Positions 10,300 through 19,440 of a stretch of DNA of 64,000 nucleotides are shown one piece after another. The stretch is from positions 32,001 through 96,000 of the IMG/VR virus record IMGVR_UViG_3300015371_000002, one strand, 5' to 3'. How positions within the stretch are numbered: position 1 is the stretch's first letter; every line of letters starts with the position of its first letter. A program made the position numbers and the translations under genes. This stretch comes from a virus. The notes beneath the pieces are model-generated. The model had not been told where the DNA came from and did no database searches. It saw only the letters and a program-made list of their open reading frames with translations.

Positions 10300-10761
10300 T
10301 CAATTCATCGCCGCGAGGAACGCGCTAATCGCGGGCAGCACGTTCGGCAGCTGCGCGGTGGTTAAGTTGACCCAGACAATCCCCTGGGTGCCGGAGAACG
10401 TCCGGTCGAGCAGCCGACCCGATCCATCACGCGGGTAGTCTGTCCCGATCGCGGTCAGGATGTTGCCGCAGAGCGTGTTTAGATTCGTATACTCTGCCGT
10501 GACGCTCAGAGCCGATGCTCCAGCGAGCTGGGCCTGAACGTAAGGGATGAGCTGAGCCAATAGCGCGGAATTCCCGGAGATCACTGAGAAGTCCGCACGA
10601 TAGCTTATGCACGCCTGCCCCAGGTTTATCACGTTGTATGCTGGCGTGCCGACAGCGGCGCCGGCCTGGATCTCCAGTGCGGGCGTCTTGACGTTCGCCA
10701 GCTCGGCTTGAACCCGATCGAACGTCGCTTCAACGAGTGGCGCGGTCAGCGGATATGCCAC
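10300..10761 (-). CDS. Hypothetical virion-associated protein, paralog of 3835..4299
   Basis: 153 aa, GGAG SD, shared C-terminal motif. Confidence 0.7.
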   Translation of the reverse strand: MAYPLTAPLVEATFDRVQAELANVKTPALEIQAGAAVGTPAYNVINLGQACISYRADFSVISGNSALLAQLIPYVQAQLAGASALSVTAEYTNLNTLCGNILTAIGTDYPRDGSGRLLDRTFSGTQGIVWVNLTTAQLPNVLPAISAFLAAMN

Positions 10762-10770
10762 TTGGGTCTC

Positions 10771-11937
10771 CTACATTGCGCTGAAGCCGGACGGCGGCGA
10801 ATAAACCCACGTGGCGGATGACGGATACATGTCGACTGAATTCTGGCCGCCTTGAATCGACGCGGCGACCGATACCCCACCGCTTCGTAGGTTCGGCGGA
10901 ATATCCAATCCTCCTTGGGCACTGGATGGGTCTTGCGTATTGCCGTCGTGCGGTGCCCAATCTCCGCCGTCGAGGCGGCACCACCACTTCCAGTTATTAC
11001 AATCGATGGCAATGCTGACGACGCTGTTCTCGGCGGGCGGCGCCACTTCGGTGAAGTATGTCGTTAGGCCGTTGTAGAAGTCGTAACCAGTGCCGTCCCA
11101 ATTGTCTTTCAGCGCCCATGAATTCTCATCGACACCAAGGTCGTCAGCTTTATTGATCGATGGGTTGGCGATCCCGTAGGCCTGGTCGGCAGCACGTTCA
11201 ATGGAAAACAACTCGACATACCAACGGCCAGACGATTTGAACTTATTGCCGGTGGTCGCTACCCAGGCTACGTCAAATTCAGCGAAGCCGTTGGCGAACG
11301 TGAGATTGCCGTTGGATCGGACAACATTGGGGCCACTTGCCCAGGTCATGATAGTGCCGCCGCCAATGCTGACATTGCCGTTGGCCGTCAGGGCCCCCGC
11401 ACCACCGATAGTGCGCGTTGCCCGCATCCGCTGGCGAGCCGTGGGAACCAGTAATCCAGATCCAGCCAGTTGCTGCGAACTAACCAGCCGTCGCACTGGC
11501 GTTGGCACCACCAGACCGCTGCCTGCCGGGAAGGCAAAGACAGAAGTGCCTTGCCTAAACGTGCCGCTGAACGATCCGCCACCCGCTCCGGCTAGGGTGG
11601 CGACCGCGCCGATCAGCTGCGGCCCCGGCAAGTGCGCCTCTGCGACGAAGCGTCCTGCCCCACGCATGAAGATATTGCCAACCACGTTGGCCGGCTGAAA
11701 TACCGTGACCACCCGAAGCGCCAGGTTCTGGTCGATCCACAATCTCCCAACCGGCAGGCCAGCAGGTGAGCGAGGCAGTAAAGATAAATCGGTGGTCTCC
11801 AACGAAATCGACACCAGCGCGTCGCGCACGTCTTGCTCGTTGATCGAATGCGGCAGCTGGCCGCTGGCGAACAGGCTGTTAATCAGTTCATCGACGGTGC
11901 GGACGGTGTCGACCATTAGAACGGTCTTGTCGACCAC
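10771..11937 (-). CDS. Putative receptor-binding protein with SPRY/ConA-like C-terminal domain
   Basis: SSGRWYVE...YGIA...SWA...VVSIAID...WW pattern; N-terminal module shared with 11916 and 12962 ORFs. Confidence 0.65.
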   Translation of the reverse strand: MVDKTVLMVDTVRTVDELINSLFASGQLPHSINEQDVRDALVSISLETTDLSLLPRSPAGLPVGRLWIDQNLALRVVTVFQPANVVGNIFMRGAGRFVAEAHLPGPQLIGAVATLAGAGGGSFSGTFRQGTSVFAFPAGSGLVVPTPVRRLVSSQQLAGSGLLVPTARQRMRATRTIGGAGALTANGNVSIGGGTIMTWASGPNVVRSNGNLTFANGFAEFDVAWVATTGNKFKSSGRWYVELFSIERAADQAYGIANPSINKADDLGVDENSWALKDNWDGTGYDFYNGLTTYFTEVAPPAENSVVSIAIDCNNWKWWCRLDGGDWAPHDGNTQDPSSAQGGLDIPPNLRSGGVSVAASIQGGQNSVDMYPSSATWVYSPPSGFSAM

Positions 11938-12962
11938 ATGTTAATTGAGTCGATGTGCGCGCCTTTTGGCAGACCTGCCGGATTGACTGTCGTGGTGCTG
12001 GGACCAAAGTTGGTCTGGCAATACATTTTCAGATAGCGCGATACCCCATCGGAGTATGGGCCACCGGGATTGCCAAAATTGCCCACCTGTTGTCGGTCCC
12101 TATAGATGCGAACAGCCGACGGCGTCCATTCTAACCCGTAGGAATGCTGCACGCTGGCATCCCATCCGCCATTGCTGTCGTAACTCACGTCTATCGAGGC
12201 GTCATAGGCGAACTGCTGGACCATCTGCACGTTTGCATCGTCGGTCCAGATACGCACGGGGCAAATAGCGGACCAGGCGAATGGCGGCGGCGTTATCCAA
12301 GCGATCTCATAGAACAGCCCAGGGTATCGGTCGACGGCAATGGCTATTTCCACGTAGCCTTGGTATTGCGAGAAGTTGTTGGGCGCATTGAATGTATCTG
12401 TCATCCCACTAGTGAGTGACTTGCCACCAGATGGCGCGTCGATGATATTGAGGTTTAGCCGTCCGCCAGTGAACGTGAAGATCTGCGGTGTAAGGGACGG
12501 ATCATCCGACCAGAATGCGTCGCCGCCCTCGTCAAAGCTATCGTATGCCCACTTGTTCGCATCATGTGAGTTGAAGTTATCCGAAAAGGTCGTTCCCTGG
12601 CTCGGCGGGCTGGGCGTGAATACCGTTGCATTGGCACCGAATGTGCCGCGACCGAGGTATTGCGTCCTGGCGAGCATGCGTTGGCGTGGTGTTGTGACCG
12701 CAAGTGCGGCGTTGCCAGCGCCACGATAATTACCTAGCCGTGTTCCCGGGCCGCCACCCAGCGACATTTGCAGCACATCGCCGTTCAGCCACAGGAAGCC
12801 CGGCTGCACATTGGCAGGCGTCGCTGGCAGTCCAGTGAATAATCCAGTTGAGGGATGAAGCGACTGGATCATGTCTTGAAAGTAGACTGGGGTTATGGCC
12901 TTCGGTGGCAGCCCCTCGCGGAACATCTGCAGCAGTTCATCAACCGTGCGGTTCGTTGCCAT
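11916..12962 (-). CDS. Putative receptor-binding protein with GH16-like/ConA lectin domain
   Basis: FSDNFN...W, GYVEI, HSYGLEWTP..VRIYRD, IDSINMW; catalytic ExDxxE not evident. Confidence 0.7.
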   Translation of the reverse strand: MATNRTVDELLQMFREGLPPKAITPVYFQDMIQSLHPSTGLFTGLPATPANVQPGFLWLNGDVLQMSLGGGPGTRLGNYRGAGNAALAVTTPRQRMLARTQYLGRGTFGANATVFTPSPPSQGTTFSDNFNSHDANKWAYDSFDEGGDAFWSDDPSLTPQIFTFTGGRLNLNIIDAPSGGKSLTSGMTDTFNAPNNFSQYQGYVEIAIAVDRYPGLFYEIAWITPPPFAWSAICPVRIWTDDANVQMVQQFAYDASIDVSYDSNGGWDASVQHSYGLEWTPSAVRIYRDRQQVGNFGNPGGPYSDGVSRYLKMYCQTNFGPSTTTVNPAGLPKGAHIDSINMWSTRPF

Positions 12963-13324
12963 CAGATGTTCACCTTCACCACACCAGCGCTATCCACCCA
13001 TACTCGGCCAGTAGGCAATCCGCTGGTGGAGCGCGGCAGACGGGAGAAGTCGGCGGTTTGCAACGCCAATGAGATGACGGTATCTCGACAGTCTTTGGCA
13101 TTGAGTTGGTTCAATCCCTGACCATCCGCCCAAATCACCGTCAGCAACTCCGTCAAGCTGCGCAGCGTAGTGCCGGTATCCGGCGCTGGCGGTGCGCCCG
13201 GCTCGGTAATGACAAATGAGCGGAGCAGCGAGCCATAGGCATTGTTCGACGTCGCGGTGATGTCGAGCCCATAGCTTCCAGGAAGCAGCGGCTGTGTGGT
13301 GAACAGGCGATAGGTAAAGCTCAC
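12962..13324 (-). CDS. Small adaptor-like structural protein
   Basis: Carries the shared R..xEL...LPRS..GLP.GR.W.D module at its C-terminus. Confidence 0.6.
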   Translation of the reverse strand: MSFTYRLFTTQPLLPGSYGLDITATSNNAYGSLLRSFVITEPGAPPAPDTGTTLRSLTELLTVIWADGQGLNQLNAKDCRDTVISLALQTADFSRLPRSTSGLPTGRVWVDSAGVVKVNI

Positions 13325-15687
13325 GGCGGCAGCGGAACGCCGACGCGGACGTTGTTTGCGTCAGTCCTCTGCCACACCGTCATGGAATAGACGACCATAG
13401 GATTCTCAAGGTTGGTGCCGACCAGCAATCGACGATGGTGCTGGTCTATGGGGCTCCACGGCGGATCGCCAGGGTCCTGCGCCTTGTTGCCGCCAGTGTA
13501 GGGCGTCCATGTGTATGTCAGGCCGACCTGGACGTTGTCGAAGTAGTTTTTGATGTAACCTTGCGTGCTATTGGTGGCTGGAACCCATAGCCAGCCGTAT
13601 TTATGCCGCCCAGAGAAGTCGGCCTGATTGGCAATATGCACGTTACTGTCTAGGCCAAGCGCGGTGTTATTGAAACGATCCGCTGGGCTCTCAGCATTTG
13701 ACCAGTGGATGATGCCTGCGGAATAGTCGTTGTTAGACGCAGGCAGGAACTCAGCGGCATCGAATTCAACGTGCTGATCTTGCGGCAAGTTGTTGCTGAA
13801 GCCGTTAGCAGCTCCTTCCAGCGCTTCCGACCACCATGCTGGCCAACCCGATTCAGCCGGCTGACGCCAACCAATGATGTCGTTGAAGATCGACATCTCA
13901 ATCTCGAAATAGCCGCCACCACCGAACGCCGTTCCGAACCAATTGCCGTTGCCTTGTGTCCACCCAGGCCCAAAGTGGTAGTTGAAACGATAATTCCCGT
14001 CGGTCGGCCCATTGTCGCGGATGGAGCCATCGCCCTGCTGCACGACGCCGGGGCTGATCACGAATTGATTCTGCCCGATCGTCACGTTCGGCCCCTGTGT
14101 TCGCAGAGTGTAGCCAACAGCCGCGGCCTGCGGCGGCGCGCTGCCAGGCTGCGAAGTGACTGGCCTGACTTGTATTGCAGCGGTCGCCGGCCCGGATCCT
14201 GCGCTATTGGTTGCATATACCCGAGTCGAGTATGTCGTGTTGGTGGTCAGGTTCGGGATATTTACCGAGGCGAGCGGAGTAGATGTCGGACCGGCCCAAG
14301 CGACGCTGCCGCCATTTGACCCGAGATTCCCCGTCGGGGTGTAGCTATACCATTGACCGCCGACGTTGACGTGCCAAATCACGCCATTGACCATTATGAC
14401 GGTTGGCGAATTCCAGCCGCCTGTCCAGATGCCATTGACCATGACCGCATTCGGCTGGCCACCAGAGGTTGGCACAATCGTCCAGGTATTGCCGAATGCG
14501 TCGACCACGCTGCCAGTGCTGGGCGTGCAATAAGGCGTCGTTGGCCCATTGTCAGTAAAGGTTCCGGACGTGGTATATTGCAGCTGGTATCTGCCTTGAT
14601 CGAGCGCCCCGCCAGAAGTCGGCGGATCCCAGCCAACAATTGCCGAATTTGTCGCGACGCTGATCGCCCGAAAATTCGTTGGAACCCCGGGCAATGGGGC
14701 GGCGGCCTGCAGCGTCGCAACGTTTACCGGAGCGCTGGTTGTTCCCGTTCCCACACTATTGGTGGCAAAGCCGCGGAGATTGTAGGTCGTCGCGGCGACC
14801 AGTCCAGCAATCGTCTGCCTGTATGGTGTTCCAGTAGTATCACGCGTCCAGGTTGGCGGAAGGCCGCCCGGCGAACGAAACCAGACATTGAACGTGTCCA
14901 AGGTCCATATCAGGGCCCCGCTGCGAACAATGTTCTGCACCGTCGATGATGTATCGACGAAGGTCCCGTTACCCACCGGATGGTTTTGCGCATCCAGCGT
15001 CCAGGTAACGCCGCTCGCATCGACGACTGAGCCGTGCCCGGACGTGCAGTATGTGACCGCTTGGGCATTCTGATACGTCGTAGCGGCGTTTGTCTTGTAT
15101 TGGATTTGGTGCAGACCGTTGTCCAAAGCGCCACCAGCAGTCGGCGGCGCCCACAAGACGTCGATCGTGGTGCTGGTCTGCAGCGGCGAGGAAATGGCGG
15201 TCAGCGGGCCTGGCACCACCGCCGCAGCCTGAACCGTTATCTGGAATGGCGCCGACAACGTCTGATTCTGGCTGGCGAGGTCCGTAGCTGTGATGGTTAT
15301 AGGATACGTCGTGCCATTGGTTAGGCTCGCGGCGACGAATAGATTGGAACCAGAAATCGAAAACCGACTATCGTTGACCGCTACCCCGCCACCAAATGCG
15401 GTTTGGTCCGACAAGACGACGGATATTGTGCCGATCAGCGTGCCGACCGTCGGATTGGGAGCCAAGGATTGATTGCTCAGCGAGATAGAGCTGATCGAAT
15501 ACGGGTCCCGCGTGGCGGTGACCGTGAAGGATCCAGCGAATGGCCCGCCCAAGGTAACCGTCCCAGAGAACGGCGTGCCATCACTGGTAGATATGGTGAT
15601 CTGACCCACCAATGTTCCGGGCGGCGCGCTCTGCGGCAGCTGCAGGTTAGACAGCGCGATGTTGGTGATCGTCTTGCTGCCCGACAT
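13321..15687 (-). CDS. Multi-domain virion protein: cadherin-like Ig, two FN3, C-terminal GH16-like domain
   Basis: ISLSN...GTLIGTIS repeats; W.PP...Y...L...TTY..R.FATN..G.G FN3 motifs; GWPAWW...VEFDAAE (ExDxxE). Confidence 0.75.
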   Translation of the reverse strand: MSGSKTITNIALSNLQLPQSAPPGTLVGQITISTSDGTPFSGTVTLGGPFAGSFTVTATRDPYSISSISLSNQSLAPNPTVGTLIGTISVVLSDQTAFGGGVAVNDSRFSISGSNLFVAASLTNGTTYPITITATDLASQNQTLSAPFQITVQAAAVVPGPLTAISSPLQTSTTIDVLWAPPTAGGALDNGLHQIQYKTNAATTYQNAQAVTYCTSGHGSVVDASGVTWTLDAQNHPVGNGTFVDTSSTVQNIVRSGALIWTLDTFNVWFRSPGGLPPTWTRDTTGTPYRQTIAGLVAATTYNLRGFATNSVGTGTTSAPVNVATLQAAAPLPGVPTNFRAISVATNSAIVGWDPPTSGGALDQGRYQLQYTTSGTFTDNGPTTPYCTPSTGSVVDAFGNTWTIVPTSGGQPNAVMVNGIWTGGWNSPTVIMVNGVIWHVNVGGQWYSYTPTGNLGSNGGSVAWAGPTSTPLASVNIPNLTTNTTYSTRVYATNSAGSGPATAAIQVRPVTSQPGSAPPQAAAVGYTLRTQGPNVTIGQNQFVISPGVVQQGDGSIRDNGPTDGNYRFNYHFGPGWTQGNGNWFGTAFGGGGYFEIEMSIFNDIIGWRQPAESGWPAWWSEALEGAANGFSNNLPQDQHVEFDAAEFLPASNNDYSAGIIHWSNAESPADRFNNTALGLDSNVHIANQADFSGRHKYGWLWVPATNSTQGYIKNYFDNVQVGLTYTWTPYTGGNKAQDPGDPPWSPIDQHHRRLLVGTNLENPMVVYSMTVWQRTDANNVRVGVPLPP

Positions 15688-16217
15688 CAGTGCGCCTTCA
15701 GTTTGGACGTCCGTGGATCAGGCGGCATCGGCCGCGGCGGACCTTCATCGCCGGGATTGTGACTAATGTCCCGACCAATCCGGATCGGCAGGTTGAGCGA
15801 CAGGAAGTAGGTATCGCCCGTCATGAGTTTGACGGGAGAGACATTCGCTTCCACAAAGTTGGAGCCGAACCACACACGATATCCGGCTACCGATAGAAGA
15901 TGCGGTGCGGTAAACCCGCACTGCGTCTCAGAGATGATTAAAATGCCACGATCATTGATGCGCACTTCTAGACCGACCGTCGTCGAGCCGCAGACATCAC
16001 CACGGGTGTCAAAGAACTCAACGTCTACCTCCGGCTTGCCGAGGAACGGACCGCTGCGATCCGACTCGGTCATCGGCACCGGAGCTATACGTTCGCCTAC
16101 GGTCCATTCCTGCAACTCGGCCCACAGCTGCTCAATCAGTTCCGCAGCATGCGGATATGGCACACGTATTTCTTCGACCGTATCGGCGATCACCGACGCG
16201 TCGAAGGATTGGGACAT
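15687..16217 (-). CDS. Hypothetical protein
   Basis: In-operon ORF overlapping next start. Confidence 0.55.
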   Translation of the reverse strand: MSQSFDASVIADTVEEIRVPYPHAAELIEQLWAELQEWTVGERIAPVPMTESDRSGPFLGKPEVDVEFFDTRGDVCGSTTVGLEVRINDRGILIISETQCGFTAPHLLSVAGYRVWFGSNFVEANVSPVKLMTGDTYFLSLNLPIRIGRDISHNPGDEGPPRPMPPDPRTSKLKAH

Positions 16218-16252
16218 TCGGTCGCTCCAATCAGCGACCGGAGCCGCTAAGA

Positions 16253-16921
16253 CTAACGCTTCAGTTTATCGCGATAGGCAAGGACGGCGCGGCAGAAGGC
16301 GAGCAGATCGGCATCGGTGCCGTTCATTCGCGCTGAGTTGGCTTGGAACGTAACGATGCGCACGTTGTTTGCGACATACCCGCCGATTGGATCAATCCGA
16401 TCCAGTGACGGAGCATCAAGAACATAGCCTGTGCCGGCTATCTTCATCGTGCGATGCGTTAACGGGCAGATACCGCCCTGCTTATTCCACAATTCTCGCA
16501 GAAAGGCAGCTGGCAAATCGGTAGCCGCGCGCTTACGCGTATGAGCCGCTGTAATATTTGACCACTTGTAGATCATGCCCTTTTCGGATGCATAGAACTT
16601 GGCCAGAGACTCCGATAACCTGTCCGGATGGTCGGCTTTATACTTTGCTGCCTTGAGTGCCGCTTCAGTTGGAAGGCCGGCTTCTCGATCTGCATCCGCC
16701 TTCGCTTGAACGGTTGGCTTAGTTATCTGCCAATAGGTCTTATTATAGACCGTTCTCTTCGGCTTTTCTCGCTCCTTGAATGCCTGACCGAGAGGGGAGA
16801 GAAGGTAGGCTTTGTTGCGAGCTCTGTGGCACGATCTGCAATAGTTACTATCCGAGAAGTCCGTTCCACCACACTTTGGACAAAACGGCGGCCGTGTCTT
16901 GGGATTACTCATGGCCTTCAC
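16253..16921 (-). CDS. His-Me finger/HNH-like endonuclease
   Basis: N-terminal CxxC..CxxC; ELW.KQ.G.CPLT...SLDRID...GY...NVRIV...AN. Confidence 0.75.
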   Translation of the reverse strand: MKAMSNPKTRPPFCPKCGGTDFSDSNYCRSCHRARNKAYLLSPLGQAFKEREKPKRTVYNKTYWQITKPTVQAKADADREAGLPTEAALKAAKYKADHPDRLSESLAKFYASEKGMIYKWSNITAAHTRKRAATDLPAAFLRELWNKQGGICPLTHRTMKIAGTGYVLDAPSLDRIDPIGGYVANNVRIVTFQANSARMNGTDADLLAFCRAVLAYRDKLKR

Positions 16922-17507
16922 TCGCGGCCACTACATCCTCACAGAACCGATACAGGTCATCGTCCGTTCCGAACAGACGCGCAGCGTTCGCTTGTAGGGT
17001 AACTAGTCGAAGGTTGTCGATATCATAACGCTTCGTTTTATCGATGCGATCCACTGAGGCCGATTGTAGCGATGGCTCCCCTTTCCGTATTACCATTGGC
17101 CACCCAGTGAGGGCGCACATCCCGTCTTGTTGGAGCCACAACTCGCGAAGCTGAGCGGCAGTTATGGAACCTCCAGGACCGGGCTTGGTCCTTGGTTTGC
17201 CGTCATTGAAAGCTACGATTCTGCGAGTGGTCTTGCGCAGTCTCTGGGCTGTGCTGTGAGACCACACATAGAGCGCTCCGTCTATAGTGGTCGCCTGACG
17301 CTCTTTGCGTTGTCGCTTGACCTTTTCCTTATGGCGCTCGTGGTATCGCGCGACACGAACTCTAAGACACGGGACGCAATCGCCCCACGCATTGATGTTG
17401 TCGCTTCCGCACTTCGTGCATACCCTGATCTCAGCCATTTCAGATGTCTCCTCATCTGGTTGGTCAGAGAGGTCGGCGGCGGTTGCACGCCCCGGCCTCT
17501 CGCTCAC
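16905..17507 (-). CDS. His-Me finger/HNH-like endonuclease (paralog of 16253..16921)
   Basis: CTKC..CVPC; ELW.QQDG.CALTG...SVDRID...Y...NLRLV..QAN. Confidence 0.75.
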   Translation of the reverse strand: MSERPGRATAADLSDQPDEETSEMAEIRVCTKCGSDNINAWGDCVPCLRVRVARYHERHKEKVKRQRKERQATTIDGALYVWSHSTAQRLRKTTRRIVAFNDGKPRTKPGPGGSITAAQLRELWLQQDGMCALTGWPMVIRKGEPSLQSASVDRIDKTKRYDIDNLRLVTLQANAARLFGTDDDLYRFCEDVVAASEGHE

Positions 17508-17569
17508 ATCAGTGTCATACTATACCACACTACATTGCACAAGCCCTTATATATCTGGCAGAATATTCG

Positions 17570-17965
17570 TTACGTAAGCGTGTGGACCAATGAACCCGCG
17601 TTAAAGACCAAGCTGTCCCCGACACCGAGCGTCCGGGCTGTTGCAAGCGTGCCGAACCACCACATGGTTCCATTCCCGGTTGTGCCGTGGTCCCAGACTT
17701 GCAACCCAGCGACGGTGCGAGCGCTGGAGAACGGCCCAAAAGTAAATGCTCCAGAGTTTGCAGCTGACATGCCAGCAGCAATGGCGGAGTTATAGACGAC
17801 GACCTGCCGGGTGACGCCTTCACCCGTCGCCATCTCACTGGCGGAAATGCTTGATGGTGTGCCAATCGACAGACCGACCGCTCGAGTAGATGGACGCGTT
17901 GGCGTGGCTCCGCCAAGATTCCAGTCGAGCAACGCCACAGCTGCCCCGGTGCTGATACCAGTCAT
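17570..17965 (-). CDS. Small phage virion structural protein
   Basis: ALLD..LGG...NSGAFTF....WD..T.GN....G.L...RT...GD...F.AG.L pattern common in phage virion genes. Confidence 0.65.
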   Translation of the reverse strand: MTGISTGAAVALLDWNLGGATPTRPSTRAVGLSIGTPSSISASEMATGEGVTRQVVVYNSAIAAGMSAANSGAFTFGPFSSARTVAGLQVWDHGTTGNGTMWWFGTLATARTLGVGDSLVFNAGSLVHTLT

Positions 17966-18057
17966 TTAGTCGTCTCCCACGCGCTAACGCGGGGAAACCA
18001 TTCCCCCGCTCAAAAGACTCGGATTGTTCGAAGAAGGGGGGCTGCTTGGGGGGCTGG

Positions 18058-19179
18058 TTAGTCGGCCGCTTCGGCGCGCCGCAGGCCGACATAGCCTTCG
18101 GTGATCGGCGCGACGTTCGCTACGTTAAGGTCCACACATCGTCCGCTGACCTTCCGGTCGGCCCATTGCTTGATGTGGTCCAGCACGACGGTATCGTGGA
18201 TATCGGTGATGCAGGCGGCAGCATCGGCCTTCTCCGCCTTCACGCAGGTCTCTGGCGTTTCGTGCAACTGGTGACATGGCCAGCACGGGACACGCGCCTG
18301 GTCAGCGTGCAGCGTAATGGTATTCACCCAGTGCTTGGTAATGTTGGTGGGCGACGCGTGACTGAGCAGCACTATCTTCGGCATCGGCAACATCGCCACG
18401 CCCCACGCGAGGCCGGTATCAGGAGTGATTATCAGGTCACACTGGGCGATCTGCGCCAGATTGCGCCGCATCGACCACTCGACGGTGGCCTCACGAGTGT
18501 CTTTACTGATGCAGCAGTGCAGGCCTTCGATGTCGTTGTTCTGGTATTTTACCTGCTCGAGAATGCGGTCGGCGATTTCCACATCCTTGCCCGGTCCGCC
18601 GAACAGAACGATCGGCAACTTGATATCCCGCAGCACCTTGGCAACCATGTTCGCCATCCACGGCCAGATCTTGTCCTGCCGTGATCCTGACAGCACCAGT
18701 CCGATGACCCGCTCACCAACCGTGCCCTTAACCCGGATGGCATCGGCAACTTCCTCATCGCTCGGATAGAACCGCGGGCCGATGGTGAAATCGTGCGGCA
18801 CCTCGCAAACGTCGTGCGCCACCTCAAGGTAATTATGGTCGCATATCTTGCGGCGCATCGAGGCCGACCAATAGAACCACGACATGCTCGGCGGCAACGC
18901 GATCAGCGCCTCGCAACTATGCGACAGATTGTAGAATGCGCCGAATTCCTTAGCCTTCTGCCGCATCCACCGCTGCCAATCGCCATCTAGTGGGACATGG
19001 CCCTTTGGTAGTTCCGTCAGCTTGGCGACGTGCGGATTGTGCGTCCAGATACTGCCATATGGGTGGTCGACGATGACCTCAACGTTGTATTTCTGCGCCA
19101 GCAACGCGACGGGAGAAGAGGCAATAATCGAATCTCCGATCGAGCCACTCCTAAACAATCCGCACCAAGGCCTCGGCAT
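18058..19179 (-). CDS. GT9 (heptosyltransferase-like) glycosyltransferase
   Basis: GSIGD.IIASS, CDLIITPDTG, PCWPC motifs. Confidence 0.8.
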   Translation of the reverse strand: MPRPWCGLFRSGSIGDSIIASSPVALLAQKYNVEVIVDHPYGSIWTHNPHVAKLTELPKGHVPLDGDWQRWMRQKAKEFGAFYNLSHSCEALIALPPSMSWFYWSASMRRKICDHNYLEVAHDVCEVPHDFTIGPRFYPSDEEVADAIRVKGTVGERVIGLVLSGSRQDKIWPWMANMVAKVLRDIKLPIVLFGGPGKDVEIADRILEQVKYQNNDIEGLHCCISKDTREATVEWSMRRNLAQIAQCDLIITPDTGLAWGVAMLPMPKIVLLSHASPTNITKHWVNTITLHADQARVPCWPCHQLHETPETCVKAEKADAAACITDIHDTVVLDHIKQWADRKVSGRCVDLNVANVAPITEGYVGLRRAEAAD

Positions 19180-19182
19180 CGC

Positions 19183-19413
19183 TCACCCATCTAATTCCGC
19201 AAGGATTGGCCAGATCGACGCCTCGGAAAAATAGCCGGTGCGCCGAATGAACGTGCGCCCCTGATAGCTAATCAGATCGGTGTTAATACCGGTTGGTATC
19301 TGCACCGTAACTCTGGTGCCGCGTCCCGCATAACGCAACACGACGTCCTGCGTTCGGCGAACTGGTTCGGCCGGCCGCGGCGCTTCATACGCCGCCATTC
19401 TATCTGGTTTCAT
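19183..19413 (-). CDS. Hypothetical protein
   Basis: GGAGG SD; in operon. Confidence 0.5.
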   Translation of the reverse strand: MKPDRMAAYEAPRPAEPVRRTQDVVLRYAGRGTRVTVQIPTGINTDLISYQGRTFIRRTGYFSEASIWPILAELDG

Positions 19414-19440
19414 GTGATACCTCCCAGCGGGAGGGGCGGA

